Below, one piece after another: positions 41,993 to 51,169 of a DNA stretch of 64,000 nucleotides. The stretch is from an uncultured Acidobacteriota bacterium (lineage in GTDB: Bacteria; Acidobacteriota; UBA6911), in NCBI GenBank assembly GCA_963827655.1, contig CAWHCF010000001.1, positions 32,001 through 96,000 on the forward strand, written 5' to 3'. Under the pieces are notes generated by a model. It searched no databases and was not told the origin of the DNA. It was given only the letters and a program-made list of their open reading frames with translations. The number at the start of each line of letters is the position of its first letter. Positions within the stretch are counted from its first letter, which is position 1. The translations under genes were made by a program, and so were the position numbers.

Positions 41993-42371
41993 GATCTTGC
42001 TCGACTCTGATGTGATCATAGCGTGGCTGCGTGGCTACCATCCCTTTTCCAAGCTCATACCCGAACTCCTGAATGAAGGGAATTCGCTTGGCTGGACACC
42101 GGTTTCGGTCGCTGAAATCTTCGCGGGTGTACGGAAAACTGAGGAGCAGCAGGTCTCCAACCTGTTTCTCATTCTCGAGTTCGTCCCTCTATCCGTAGAG
42201 ATCGGCAGGAAGGCCGGATACTATTTGCAGGCTTATTCAAGGTCGCACCACGTCGAGCTGGGCGATGCCCTGATAGCTGCGGCCGCCTGCCTGAACGACA
42301 AGCCTCTCTGGACTCTCAACAAAAAACACTATCCGATGAAGGACGTCCGTTTCTATTCACCTCGGGCGTGA
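41985..42371 (+). CDS. vapC: PIN-domain VapC toxin
   Basis: LLDSDVII, SVAEIFAG, DALIAA and TLNKKHYP motifs. Confidence 0.9.
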   Translation: MTEILLDSDVIIAWLRGYHPFSKLIPELLNEGNSLGWTPVSVAEIFAGVRKTEEQQVSNLFLILEFVPLSVEIGRKAGYYLQAYSRSHHVELGDALIAAAACLNDKPLWTLNKKHYPMKDVRFYSPRA

Positions 42372-42468
42372 CGCGAAGGCTTTGCGTACCGGCGTCTTTG
42401 TGGTTGAATAGTCCGGACCAGAATCAGCCGCAAAGACACAAAGACCCAGTAATCCGCCGGGTTCCGAT

Positions 42469-43604
42469 TTGAAGATAGACCGGGTTGAAACTTTCTTGCT
42501 TCGAGCCCCGCTGGCGCGCGCTTTCGCGTACTCTCAGGCCTGGTACCGGGAACGTACCGCCCTGATTGTCCGAGTTGTGACGGACGATGGATTGGAGGGC
42601 ATCGGCGAGTGCTTTGGACCCGCCGCGGCAGTCTCCGCCGTGATTGAAAGCCTGTACGCGCCTGCTTTGATCGGCGCCGACCCGCTGGAAAACGAAGTCC
42701 TCTGGGACCGGTTGTACAACATGCTGCGCGATCATGGCCGCAAGGGTTTGCCGATCGAAGCTCTCAGCGGTATCGACATCGCCCTGTGGGATCTCAAAGG
42801 CAAATCGACAGGGCTTCCGGTTCACAAGCTGCTGGGCGGCTCATTCCGCAGCAAGGTCCAACCGTATGCAACCGGCTTCTATCGACACGATAGCATCGGA
42901 AACCAGGATGAAGCCCTGTGCGGCGAAGCCGAGGGCTACCTCGAAGCAGGACTCAGAGCGATGAAAATCAAGGTGGGCTTTGGCTTGCTGGAAGACCAGC
43001 GCACGGCGCGCGCCATTCGCCGTGTCACCGGCGACCAGGTTCGCTTGATGGCCGATGCGAATCACGCTTACGATGCGTCGACCGCAATCCGGCTGGGACG
43101 AGTCCTGGAGGAGGAGCAATATGACTGGTTTGAAGAACCGGTCACGCCAGAGGACACCGAAGGATATCGATTGGTTCGAGACGCTATCGACGTTCCGATT
43201 GCCGGGGGGAGGCTGAATTCACTCGCTTCGGCATGAAGAAGCTGATCGTGAATCGACTGGTGGACATTGTCCAACCCGATTGCTGCGCCACCGGCGGGTT
43301 GACGGAGGCCCGGCGCATTGCGGTTCTGGCCAACACCTTCGGGGTTCAGTGCGTTCCCCATGTTTGGGGCACCCGGATCGCCATGGCCGCCGCATTGCAT
43401 TTTATCGCATCGCTTCCGCCCACGCCGCCCTCGCTCGCGCCCGCGGAGCCGCTGCTGGAATACGACTGCTCACTCAATCCACTGCGAGAGGCGGTGATCA
43501 ACGAACAGATCACTCCGGATCGCGAAGGCATGGTGGAAGTACCTCAGGCGCCTGGCCTCGGCGTCACGTTGAACCTCGAATTCGTACGGCCCAAAAATCG
43601 GTGA
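42469..43604 (+). CDS. Mandelate racemase/muconate lactonizing enzyme family; frameshift at a G run near 43205
   Basis: DIALWDL.GK, KIKVG, DAN, WFEEP, AGG/E, QPD and PHVWG motifs split across two ORFs. Confidence 0.9.
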
Positions 43605-43673
43605 CAGGCGCGTGATCTCAGTGGCGGATCTCGTTGACGCTTACCTCAGTTCTGAAATAAGGTGCCTGTCACC
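43600..43673. repeat. REP-like inverted repeat (GGTGACAGGC family)
   Basis: GGTGACAGGCGC...GTGCCTGTCACC; same core as 54711-54801. Confidence 0.75.
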
Positions 43674-43676
43674 TAA

Positions 43677-43902
43677 GGGCTCGCGCAGAAATAACTTCAC
43701 ATTCTGGCGCGAGGGTCGGTGCTCAATCATGGACTGGTTTCTGTTTGCTAACACGCTGAGGATCGCGCCCCTTCGGGCTGCGCAGCCCGCTGGCTTTGTT
43801 GCTCGCTCCTCACGTACCGCACCGGGTACGCATCGTCGCTCGCGCCTCGCCAGCGGGCCTGGGGGCCTGCAGCAGAATGCGAACTTATTTCTGCGCGAAG
43901 CC
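43677..43902. mobile_element. MITE (226 bp, non-autonomous)
   Basis: Imperfect TIRs of about 30 bp: left GGGCTCGCGCAGAAATAACTTCACATTCTG, right (reverse complement) GGCTTCGCGCAGAAATAAGTTCGCATTCTG. TAA flanks both sides, there are internal hairpins and no transposase. Confidence 0.8.
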
Positions 43903-43932
43903 TAAGAAACGCAAAATCGTGGAGGTTTCTGT

Positions 43933-44958
43933 ATGAACCGGAATCGACTCATGCTTCTGATTGCTTTCCTGGCGCCGTCTCCCGTCCTGGGCGAGGTCCA
44001 CAAAGTGGAAGCCAAGGTCTACTACCGCACGTTCTTTCGCGGGCATCCAGTCTTGCAGCGCATAAAACCCGGCGACCGTGTTATCACCAAGACCATCGAT
44101 GCGGCGGGCCAGGACGACAAGGGAGTCCAGCGTCATCCGGAACCGGGCAACCCGCTCACCGGACCGTTCTACATTGAAGGAGCCGAGCCGGGAGATGCGC
44201 TCGTCGTGCGTTTCGTGCGCGTCAGCATGAACCGTAACTGGGGATATACCCAGTATCGCCTGGGACTCTTCTCCTTGACCCCCGAGTACGTGGAGACCAT
44301 CTACCCCAACAAGTACAAGGAGAATTTGATTCACAAAGGCCGCGCCAATACGGTGCCATGGGATCTTGACCTGGAGCGCAAGGTGGCGCGGCTGCGAGAG
44401 CCAGTCAGCAGTCGAATCAAGCTGGAGTTTCCCACCAAACCCATGCTCGGATGCGTGGGGGTGGCCCCAGGCGGCGATTTTGCGCCAACCTCGGGTCCGT
44501 CGGGATCCTACGGCGGCAACCTGGACTACAACGAGATCGGCGAAGGCGCTACCGTGATACTGCCGGTCTATCATCCGGGCGCGCTCCTCTTTCTCGGGGA
44601 CGGGCACGCGCTTCAGGGCGACGGTGAGCCGACCGGGACCGGCATCGAGACTTCACTGGACGTCGAATTCGAGGTTGAGGTACGGAAGAAAGCGGGCGTG
44701 AGCGGGCCACGGGTCGAAACCAGCGATTACATCATCAGCATAGGCAGCCAGCCCGAATTTGCCAGCTCGCTCGATAATGCTCTGAAAATGGCCACGACCG
44801 ACATGGCTCGCTGGCTCGTGAACGAGTATCAACTGGAACCTTGGGCCGCGCACCTTCTCATCGGCTATCAGGCCCGCTACGACGTGGTGACCGTGATGGG
44901 TTCGATGGCGCTGAAAATCCCCAAGAAATATCTGCCGCAACGAACGGCGCCGCGCTGA
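43933..44958 (+). CDS. Secreted acetamidase/formamidase family protein
   Basis: NPLTGPFYIEGAEPGD, GGNLD and GDGHALQGDGE motifs; signal peptide. Confidence 0.9.
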   Translation: MNRNRLMLLIAFLAPSPVLGEVHKVEAKVYYRTFFRGHPVLQRIKPGDRVITKTIDAAGQDDKGVQRHPEPGNPLTGPFYIEGAEPGDALVVRFVRVSMNRNWGYTQYRLGLFSLTPEYVETIYPNKYKENLIHKGRANTVPWDLDLERKVARLREPVSSRIKLEFPTKPMLGCVGVAPGGDFAPTSGPSGSYGGNLDYNEIGEGATVILPVYHPGALLFLGDGHALQGDGEPTGTGIETSLDVEFEVEVRKKAGVSGPRVETSDYIISIGSQPEFASSLDNALKMATTDMARWLVNEYQLEPWAAHLLIGYQARYDVVTVMGSMALKIPKKYLPQRTAPR

Positions 44959-45133
44959 ACCAACGTTGAGATCGAGAACAAGGAGGTGGTGTGGGCGGCG
45001 CTGGAGGACTTCAAGAACTCCGGGCAGACTTCTCCGACTGTCTCATCGGGCGTCTGAATCAAGGCTCGGCTGCGACGAAACTGCGTCCTTCGACTCGGCA
45101 GTCAAGGGTCTGCCCGGCTTCCGATTGCTTTAA
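44959..45133 (+). pseudogene. 3' half of a PIN-domain toxin gene
   Basis: Three frames give VEIENKEVVWAALEDFKNS / ADFSDCLIGRLNQ / LGCDETASFD..VKGLPGFRLL*, which has the PIN DFxD and T/SFD motifs. Confidence 0.7.
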
Positions 45134-45221
45134 CCCGACCTTGAACAACTTGCGTCTTCGTGTAACAAGACAAAAAACTTGTTTTCCGGGCAAGATTTCC
45201 ACAAGCAGAGACAAAGCTTCT

Positions 45222-45286
45222 GCCACGGATTACACGAATTTCACAGAGCCAATTCAGATTTCGTGAAAATTCGTGGAATCCGTGGC
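45222..45286. repeat. Palindromic intergenic repeat
   Basis: GCCACGGATTACACGAATTTCAC pairs with GTGAAAATTCGTGGAATCCGTGGC. Confidence 0.75.
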
Positions 45287-45389
45287 GAGTACTTGGTTGC
45301 GGTCATTCGGCCGCGCTGTGTTTGGCAGTTAGGGTAAAAACATCTCGCCGGAAATTGACCCTGCGCCTAACCAGGATAGGATCCATTGC

Positions 45390-46112
45390 ATGATTCCTTT
45401 GCGCGACGACAATCCCACATCGATAACGCCCGTTGTCACAATCGGACTGATCGCGATCAACGTCCTGGTGTTCTTCTACCAGGTCTCGCTTGGCCCTCGA
45501 GAGGAGGAGTTGCTGGTCTATCAGTACGGCTCCATACCGGCTGTTGTCTTCGGGTCCAGACAGTTGCCTTCAGACATTCAGGCCATTCCACCGACGTTCA
45601 GTCTCATCACCAGCATGTTCCTGCACGGCGGTTTCATGCATCTCATAGGCAACATGCTGTACCTGTGGATCTTTGGAAACAACATCGAAGACGCCATGAG
45701 TCATATCCGGTATGTCCTCTTTTATCTGGTCACCGGAATTGCGGCTTCATTGGCTCATGCGTTCACCAACCCGGGATCAACCGTACCAGCAATCGGCGCG
45801 AGTGGCGCTATTTCAGGAGTATTGGGAGCCTACCTTCTGCTCTATCCACGGGCCCAGGTTTTGGTCCTGATCCCCCTCGGCTTTTTCTCGCGTCTCATGT
45901 ACATACCCGCCGGGTTTGCTCTGGGCATCTGGTTTCTGTTTCAGCTCGTAAGCGGCGGCCTGAGCGCGGGTCAGCCGGGCGGTGGCGTGGCCTGGTTTGC
46001 GCATATCGGCGGTTTTCTTGCGGGTATGCTTCTGGTCGGAGCCTTCAAACGCCGCTCGGTCCGGTTCTTCAATCCAGCGCATCACCATTCCGGACGCGTC
46101 GAAAACTGGTAG
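45390..46112 (+). CDS. Rhomboid intramembrane serine protease
   Basis: FLHGGFMHLIGNM, GASGAI and AHIGGF motifs. Confidence 0.93.
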   Translation: MIPLRDDNPTSITPVVTIGLIAINVLVFFYQVSLGPREEELLVYQYGSIPAVVFGSRQLPSDIQAIPPTFSLITSMFLHGGFMHLIGNMLYLWIFGNNIEDAMSHIRYVLFYLVTGIAASLAHAFTNPGSTVPAIGASGAISGVLGAYLLLYPRAQVLVLIPLGFFSRLMYIPAGFALGIWFLFQLVSGGLSAGQPGGGVAWFAHIGGFLAGMLLVGAFKRRSVRFFNPAHHHSGRVENW

Positions 46113-46198
46113 CGTCTTCGAGGTTAGGGCGGCAGAACAAAACACCAACCACGAAGACTCAAAGACTCGAAGAAGCGCTAAGAAGGATCACGAGGAGT

Positions 46199-48403
46199 CT
46201 AGCGCAGCAACTGGGCGGCGGAATCGATGTGAGCCGCGAGAGCCACAAGGCAGTCGCGTACCACCTGCACCCCGGCCTTTGCCTCCTCCGGTCGCTTTTG
46301 CTCAAGCGCCTCGCGCACGTAGGGAATCGTTTTCACCCCATAGCCCGTGTAAAAACCGGGCGCGTAGAGCTGGTGTTTAAACCAGGGCCTTCCTGGCAGA
46401 CCACCCGGCGCGGTCAGCAGTCGTTCGCTTTGATAAAGGAGACGGTTCAGGGCGCGAAGGTGCGTCGCCTCGCGATCGAAAATGCCGCCCGAAGCGGCTG
46501 CCTGAGCATAAGCGTGCTCAAAGGCTTCTGCGCTCTTCCTCACAGCCTGTTGCGCCGTCTTCAGCGGCCCGATGTCGGTTCCAGCTTCTTTCGAGGCGAG
46601 CTTTTCCAACTCGTCCACATATCGTCCGATGGTATCGGCCAGGTTGGTGAATTCAAACGGAAGCACCGGCGCGCTGGCCAGGCGCATCACTGCCGTCCCG
46701 TCAAGCTGAGCCAGCGCCCGCCCATAGACAAAGGTCGTATCTGAAAAGCGCGTATACCACGCGATCGAGTCATAGATGGAATGGTAAACCCCTCCCCCTC
46801 CTTCACCGCCGAAACTGAGGTTGAGTGACGCGACGCCCAGATGATCGATAAAGGCAGTATAGTCCGAACCGGAACCCAGGGCGCCGATGCGCAGGTCGGT
46901 CCGCTCCTCAATGTCCTTCTTCTCGCTTTGCTCCTTCGCCTGTTCCAGCTGTTTTTTTCGCGCCTCGTCGTACACTGATTGCCCGCCATTCGGATCGGGG
47001 ATATCACGAGCTACTTCGTGCATGAAGCGTTCAAGGGAGTGGGACCCCGAGGCTCGATACGAGCCTTTTCCATTACTGTCGCCATTGATGTATATGACCG
47101 CCTTCTCCTTGAGTTCTGCGGCATGATGCTCAACCCATTCGGTCGAGCCCAGAAGACCCTGCTCTTCCCCGTCCCACGCGGCCAGAATGATGGTTCGCTT
47201 GGGCCGCCAGCCCTGCTTCAGAAGCTCGCCCAAAGCCCGGGCCTCCTCCATGAGCGCGATCATTCCGCTCACCGGGTCAGCGGCTCCGTTGACCCACGCG
47301 TCGTGGTGATTTCCCTGGATGATCCATTCGTCAGGAAAAGCAGTCCCTTCGATTCGGGCAATCACGTTGTACACCGTGTGGAGATCCCAGGCGTGGGATA
47401 CCCTGAAGTGCACCAGTGCCGGCCCCGGTCCCACGAAATAGGTGAGGGGAAGAGCGCCACGCCACGATTCGGGCGCCACCGGACCGCGCAGGTTCTTCAG
47501 AATCGGGAGCGCATCACCCCAGCTGATCGGCATCACCGGAATCTTGGTGACGGTAGCCGCCTGTTGCAGCGAAAGCCGCTTGGCTTGGGCCGTTGCTCCG
47601 ACCCCGGGGGTCAGAGGGTCGCCGGGGTGGATGGGCATATCGGCGACACTGCCGCGCTGCACGCCGTGCTCGGGCCTGTAGGGACCCTCCGCGTAAACCG
47701 GCCCTTGATAGTATCCATCATCTTTAGGGTCCGAGTAGATCAGGCATCCGATCGCCCCATTTTCATGCGCGACCTTCGGCTTGATTCCGCGCCAGCTTGC
47801 GCCATAGCGCGCCAATACGATTTTCCCTTTCACATCCACGCCCATCTTTCTCAGTGTTTCATAGTCCTCCGGCACGCCGTAGTTAACATAGACCACCTGC
47901 GCAGTGACATCGCCGTCGACCGAATAGGCGTTATACGTGGGAAGCTGATTCGCGTCGGAAGAATCAGGATCCTCGACAATGGCAGGTTCTTTCAACCGGG
48001 CCAGATATTTTCCGGGCGAGAGAAGTTCAAGCCTGCGCTCCTTAGGCATCGGAAACAGGACGCGGTACTCCTCGATCGAGGCTGAAAGTCCCCAGGATCT
48101 GAATTTGTTCAGGATCCACTCGGCGTTCTCCTTGTCTCTCGGGGAACCGAGATGATGCGGTTCTGCAGCGAGCACATCCATGTATTCCCGCAAGAGCCTG
48201 GCATCCGGGATGGCGCGCATTTTCTCTTCCCAGGCCATCTGCTCCTTTGCTTGTGCCCCTGAAAAACCGCGCTTCGAGCTCCCCTGCTGCGCTCCGATGC
48301 CGGCGATCCCGATGGAAAACGGAAGGGCCGTCAGGGTGCAGAGTAAGGCGATCTTGATTGACGATTGACGATTGACGATTGACGATTGGGGTTTGGCAGC
48401 CAA
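46199..48403 (-). CDS. M28 glutamate carboxypeptidase II-like peptidase (PA and TfR dimerisation domains)
   Basis: YVNYG, QRGS, GDPLTPG, GNHHDAW, WDGEE.GL.GS.EW, GSGSDY and YHS.YD motifs. The start is uncertain because it lies in a heptamer array. Confidence 0.9.
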   Translation of the reverse strand: MAAKPQSSIVNRQSSIKIALLCTLTALPFSIGIAGIGAQQGSSKRGFSGAQAKEQMAWEEKMRAIPDARLLREYMDVLAAEPHHLGSPRDKENAEWILNKFRSWGLSASIEEYRVLFPMPKERRLELLSPGKYLARLKEPAIVEDPDSSDANQLPTYNAYSVDGDVTAQVVYVNYGVPEDYETLRKMGVDVKGKIVLARYGASWRGIKPKVAHENGAIGCLIYSDPKDDGYYQGPVYAEGPYRPEHGVQRGSVADMPIHPGDPLTPGVGATAQAKRLSLQQAATVTKIPVMPISWGDALPILKNLRGPVAPESWRGALPLTYFVGPGPALVHFRVSHAWDLHTVYNVIARIEGTAFPDEWIIQGNHHDAWVNGAADPVSGMIALMEEARALGELLKQGWRPKRTIILAAWDGEEQGLLGSTEWVEHHAAELKEKAVIYINGDSNGKGSYRASGSHSLERFMHEVARDIPDPNGGQSVYDEARKKQLEQAKEQSEKKDIEERTDLRIGALGSGSDYTAFIDHLGVASLNLSFGGEGGGGVYHSIYDSIAWYTRFSDTTFVYGRALAQLDGTAVMRLASAPVLPFEFTNLADTIGRYVDELEKLASKEAGTDIGPLKTAQQAVRKSAEAFEHAYAQAAASGGIFDREATHLRALNRLLYQSERLLTAPGGLPGRPWFKHQLYAPGFYTGYGVKTIPYVREALEQKRPEEAKAGVQVVRDCLVALAAHIDSAAQLLR

Positions 48404-48472
48404 TCGGATACATGATGGAGTTCATTCGTCACACACCACAATCGTCAATCGTCAATCGTCAATCGTCAATCG
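48355..48472. repeat. Inverted heptamer arrays (GATTGAC)n / (CAATCGT)n
   Basis: Arrays at 48355-48388 and 48439-48472 enclose the M28 start region. Confidence 0.85.
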
Positions 48473-48481
48473 AAGGTTCTC

Positions 48482-49372
48482 CTACTTCGGATTCGCCGCG
48501 GGGCCGGCTGTGACGACCTTCGTGAACGTTCCATTCCCCAGGCGCTGAAACGGTCCGCCATCCTGTGAGAATTCCTCAACAAGAGTGAACGTATTCTCCG
48601 AGATGACCGAAATGGCACGCCTGAGGCGAAAAGTCTGCCCCTTTACCTGAACCGGTACGGCCTCCAGCCGAATCCCGGGACCTGTCCACGTGCCTGTGTT
48701 GAACATGACGATGCCGTTGTTCCGGTACTCGAAATAGGTGTAAAGCTTGCTGGCAGGATCAAATCCGATGAAGCCGTTTCCGCGCAGGATATCCTTGCCT
48801 GCTCCGGTTTCGAATCGGCTTTCAAGAAACTTTCCGTCGAGGACACGGTCGAACGTCATTTGGCCTTTCAGTTCGCCGCCCGGACCCAGCGGGCTTTCCC
48901 TCGCGACCATCTCGAATTTCCATTGCCCTACGAAGTAGTCCAACTTCTGCACCGGCGAGAGATCCTTCTTTGCAATCACGTCTCCAACCCGCTTGAGGTC
49001 GTACGTGAAACCCAGCTTCTGCGCTCCGAGGTTAACTTCACCCTTCCCATCGAGCGTCTCCCCTTTAAGCACAAAGTCAAAGTTGACGGTGACTGGTCCC
49101 TGCGGCGCGTCGATCTGAACGACGGCCGTGACCTTTTCCCCATCCCGTTTGATTTCCTTGAATGGAATCTCTGTCGTTCCGGTTACTCCGGAAATACTGC
49201 CGGAGTAAGTTTCGCCCTCCTTCTTGAAAGAAACGGTGGCTTTTCGCTCTCCCTGGAGGGATCTCACCATTCCTTCCCACCGTCCTTGCAGCGGGTCCTG
49301 TTGCGCTCGGCCCGTCATCGCCGCCGCAAAGACCAAGAAAACCGCAAACGCGGGTACCATCCTTCGAGTCAT
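48482..49372 (-). CDS. Secreted two-domain beta-barrel protein (C-terminal DUF1579-like)
   Basis: Signal peptide; LQGRWEG domain, then KLDYFVGQW...LDGKFL...GFDP...SQDGG. Confidence 0.7.
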   Translation of the reverse strand: MTRRMVPAFAVFLVFAAAMTGRAQQDPLQGRWEGMVRSLQGERKATVSFKKEGETYSGSISGVTGTTEIPFKEIKRDGEKVTAVVQIDAPQGPVTVNFDFVLKGETLDGKGEVNLGAQKLGFTYDLKRVGDVIAKKDLSPVQKLDYFVGQWKFEMVARESPLGPGGELKGQMTFDRVLDGKFLESRFETGAGKDILRGNGFIGFDPASKLYTYFEYRNNGIVMFNTGTWTGPGIRLEAVPVQVKGQTFRLRRAISVISENTFTLVEEFSQDGGPFQRLGNGTFTKVVTAGPAANPK

Positions 49373-49477
49373 AGTTCTTCTCCGAGATCTTGAGAGGATT
49401 CAATTATTACCATAAGCCATAGACGCTGCCAAACTGCCGTTCGCGTTTCTTGGCGTCTTTGTGGTAAACGAGTTGCG

Positions 49478-50971
49478 ATGAACGGATATGACGTAGCTGT
49501 GATCGGGGGCGGTCCCGCGGGTTCGACCGCCGGTAGACTCCTGGCGGAATGGGGTTACTCGGTCGTCCTCTTCAACCGGCCTGAGAAAAGAAGGCCCAGT
49601 CTGGCCGAGTCCTTGCCGCCGAGCACCCGCAAGCTCTTTGGCTTTCTGGGCATTCTCCAGAGACTCGAGGACGCCCGCTTTTACCGGTCGAGTGGCAACA
49701 CGGTCTGGTGGGGCGATCCGGAGGGGAGTGTCGAACGATTCGGCGGGTCATCCCAATCCTGGGGTTACCAGGTACTGCGCAGCGATTTTGACCAGTTGCT
49801 CCTTGACCTGGCTGGATCCGCCGGAGTTCACGTGCGTCCCAACGCAACGGTCCTGAAAGTGAACCTGGAAGCCGACCACCGGGTTTCGATTCAATATGAC
49901 GATGCCGGGGACACGCGAGCCGCATGCGAGGCTCGATTCGTGCTCGATTGCTCGGGTCGCAGCGGCGTGATCGCGCGCCGCGGATTGCGCAAGAAAGAAG
50001 CTCGCTACAGCACACTCGCGATCGCCGCCGCGTGGCGCAATGAGACTGGTTGGGGACTGAAAGACGCAACTCACACTCTGGTCGAGGCCTATCCCGACGG
50101 CTGGGCCTGGTCAGTACCCCTCTCGGCGCAGCAACGCCACTTCACGGTCATGGTGGATCCGCAGCAGGTTCAGGCTTCACGAGGCCGCGGCCTGGAAGAG
50201 ATCTATTTTGATGAGATGGGAAAGACCGTCCAGTTCAAGACCATTCTCCGCGCTGCGACAACGGAGGGCGCTCCGTGGGGGTGTGACGCCTCGCTTTACT
50301 CTTCCGAGACGTTTGCCGGCCCGCAATTCATTCTGGTGGGAGACGCCGCCTCGTTTATCGATCCTCTTTCCTCGTTCGGCGTAAAGAAGGCCCTGGCATC
50401 AGCATGGATGGCCGCGGTCGTGGCAAACACTTGCTTCAAGAAACCGGCGCTACGGCAGATCGCACTCGACATGTTTTCCAATCGCGAGCGTCAAGTTTAT
50501 GCGAGTTATCTCCGGCAGAGCGCGCGCTATTTTCAGCAAGCTTCCATGCGCTATCCGACTCCATTCTGGATCGCTCGCGCCCAGGTTGCGGAAGGTTCGC
50601 AGGTCTGGGACCCTGACGAGGAGGAGCTCAAGCGCGATCCCGACGTCCTGGCCGCCTTCGCTGCTCTCAAGGGCAGCCGTGCCATTCGGCTGCAATGCGC
50701 ACCGGATGTGCGCGTGGAGAACAGGGCCGGCATCGAGGGAAACGAAGTGGTACTGAAAGAAAGCCTGGTCAGCCCGGGCCTGCCCTCCGGAGCTCGATTC
50801 CTGGGCGGCGTGGACCTCCCACGGCTGGTTGAAATAGCAGGAGAACACAGCCAGGTGCCGGATTTGTTTGCGGCCTACAATCGAATCTGCCCTCCGGTCG
50901 ACCTGGGAAACTTCCTCGGCACGCTTTCTGCTCTCCTGGCCAAGGGGATACTGAGGAACCTTCACCACTAA
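49478..50971 (+). CDS. qhpG: FAD-dependent monooxygenase for CTQ biogenesis
   Basis: GGGPAG, DCSGR, GWAW and GDAASFIDPLSSFGV motifs; directly upstream of qhpA. Confidence 0.8.
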   Translation: MNGYDVAVIGGGPAGSTAGRLLAEWGYSVVLFNRPEKRRPSLAESLPPSTRKLFGFLGILQRLEDARFYRSSGNTVWWGDPEGSVERFGGSSQSWGYQVLRSDFDQLLLDLAGSAGVHVRPNATVLKVNLEADHRVSIQYDDAGDTRAACEARFVLDCSGRSGVIARRGLRKKEARYSTLAIAAAWRNETGWGLKDATHTLVEAYPDGWAWSVPLSAQQRHFTVMVDPQQVQASRGRGLEEIYFDEMGKTVQFKTILRAATTEGAPWGCDASLYSSETFAGPQFILVGDAASFIDPLSSFGVKKALASAWMAAVVANTCFKKPALRQIALDMFSNRERQVYASYLRQSARYFQQASMRYPTPFWIARAQVAEGSQVWDPDEEELKRDPDVLAAFAALKGSRAIRLQCAPDVRVENRAGIEGNEVVLKESLVSPGLPSGARFLGGVDLPRLVEIAGEHSQVPDLFAAYNRICPPVDLGNFLGTLSALLAKGILRNLHH

Positions 50972-50996
50972 CCGCAAAGACTCGAAGACACCAAGG

Positions 50997-51023
50997 TTCG
51001 TTCGGGACTTCGCCCCGAACGAA
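50997..51023. other. Stem-loop between qhpG and qhpA
   Basis: TTCGTTCGGG-N7-CCCGAACGAA with no U tract. Confidence 0.5.
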
Positions 51024-51169
51024 AGGCCCCTCGTGAACAACTACCTGTTGCTTTGAATGCTTCGCTGAGCGCCTAAGACACGCGAAGAGACTCAAATAGA
51101 CTCCAGGGTGCTGCTTATTGGATTGAATCGACCATAGCCTGTGTGCTACAAGTCAAGACGTTCCGTCTT

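Noticed and set aside
43204-43236. G7 run as programmed frameshift or phase variation in the enolase-family gene
   Set aside because: Indistinguishable from a homopolymer error given the window-wide indel load.
43612-43905. 97-aa ORF
   Set aside because: It spans the REP hairpin and the MITE, so it is unlikely to be coding.
49478-50971. Tryptophan halogenase or RiPP antibiotic cluster interpretation
   Set aside because: The peptide, rSAM, ABC and S8 genes are explained by QHNDH maturation, and no WxWxIP halogenase motif is intact (WAWSVP).
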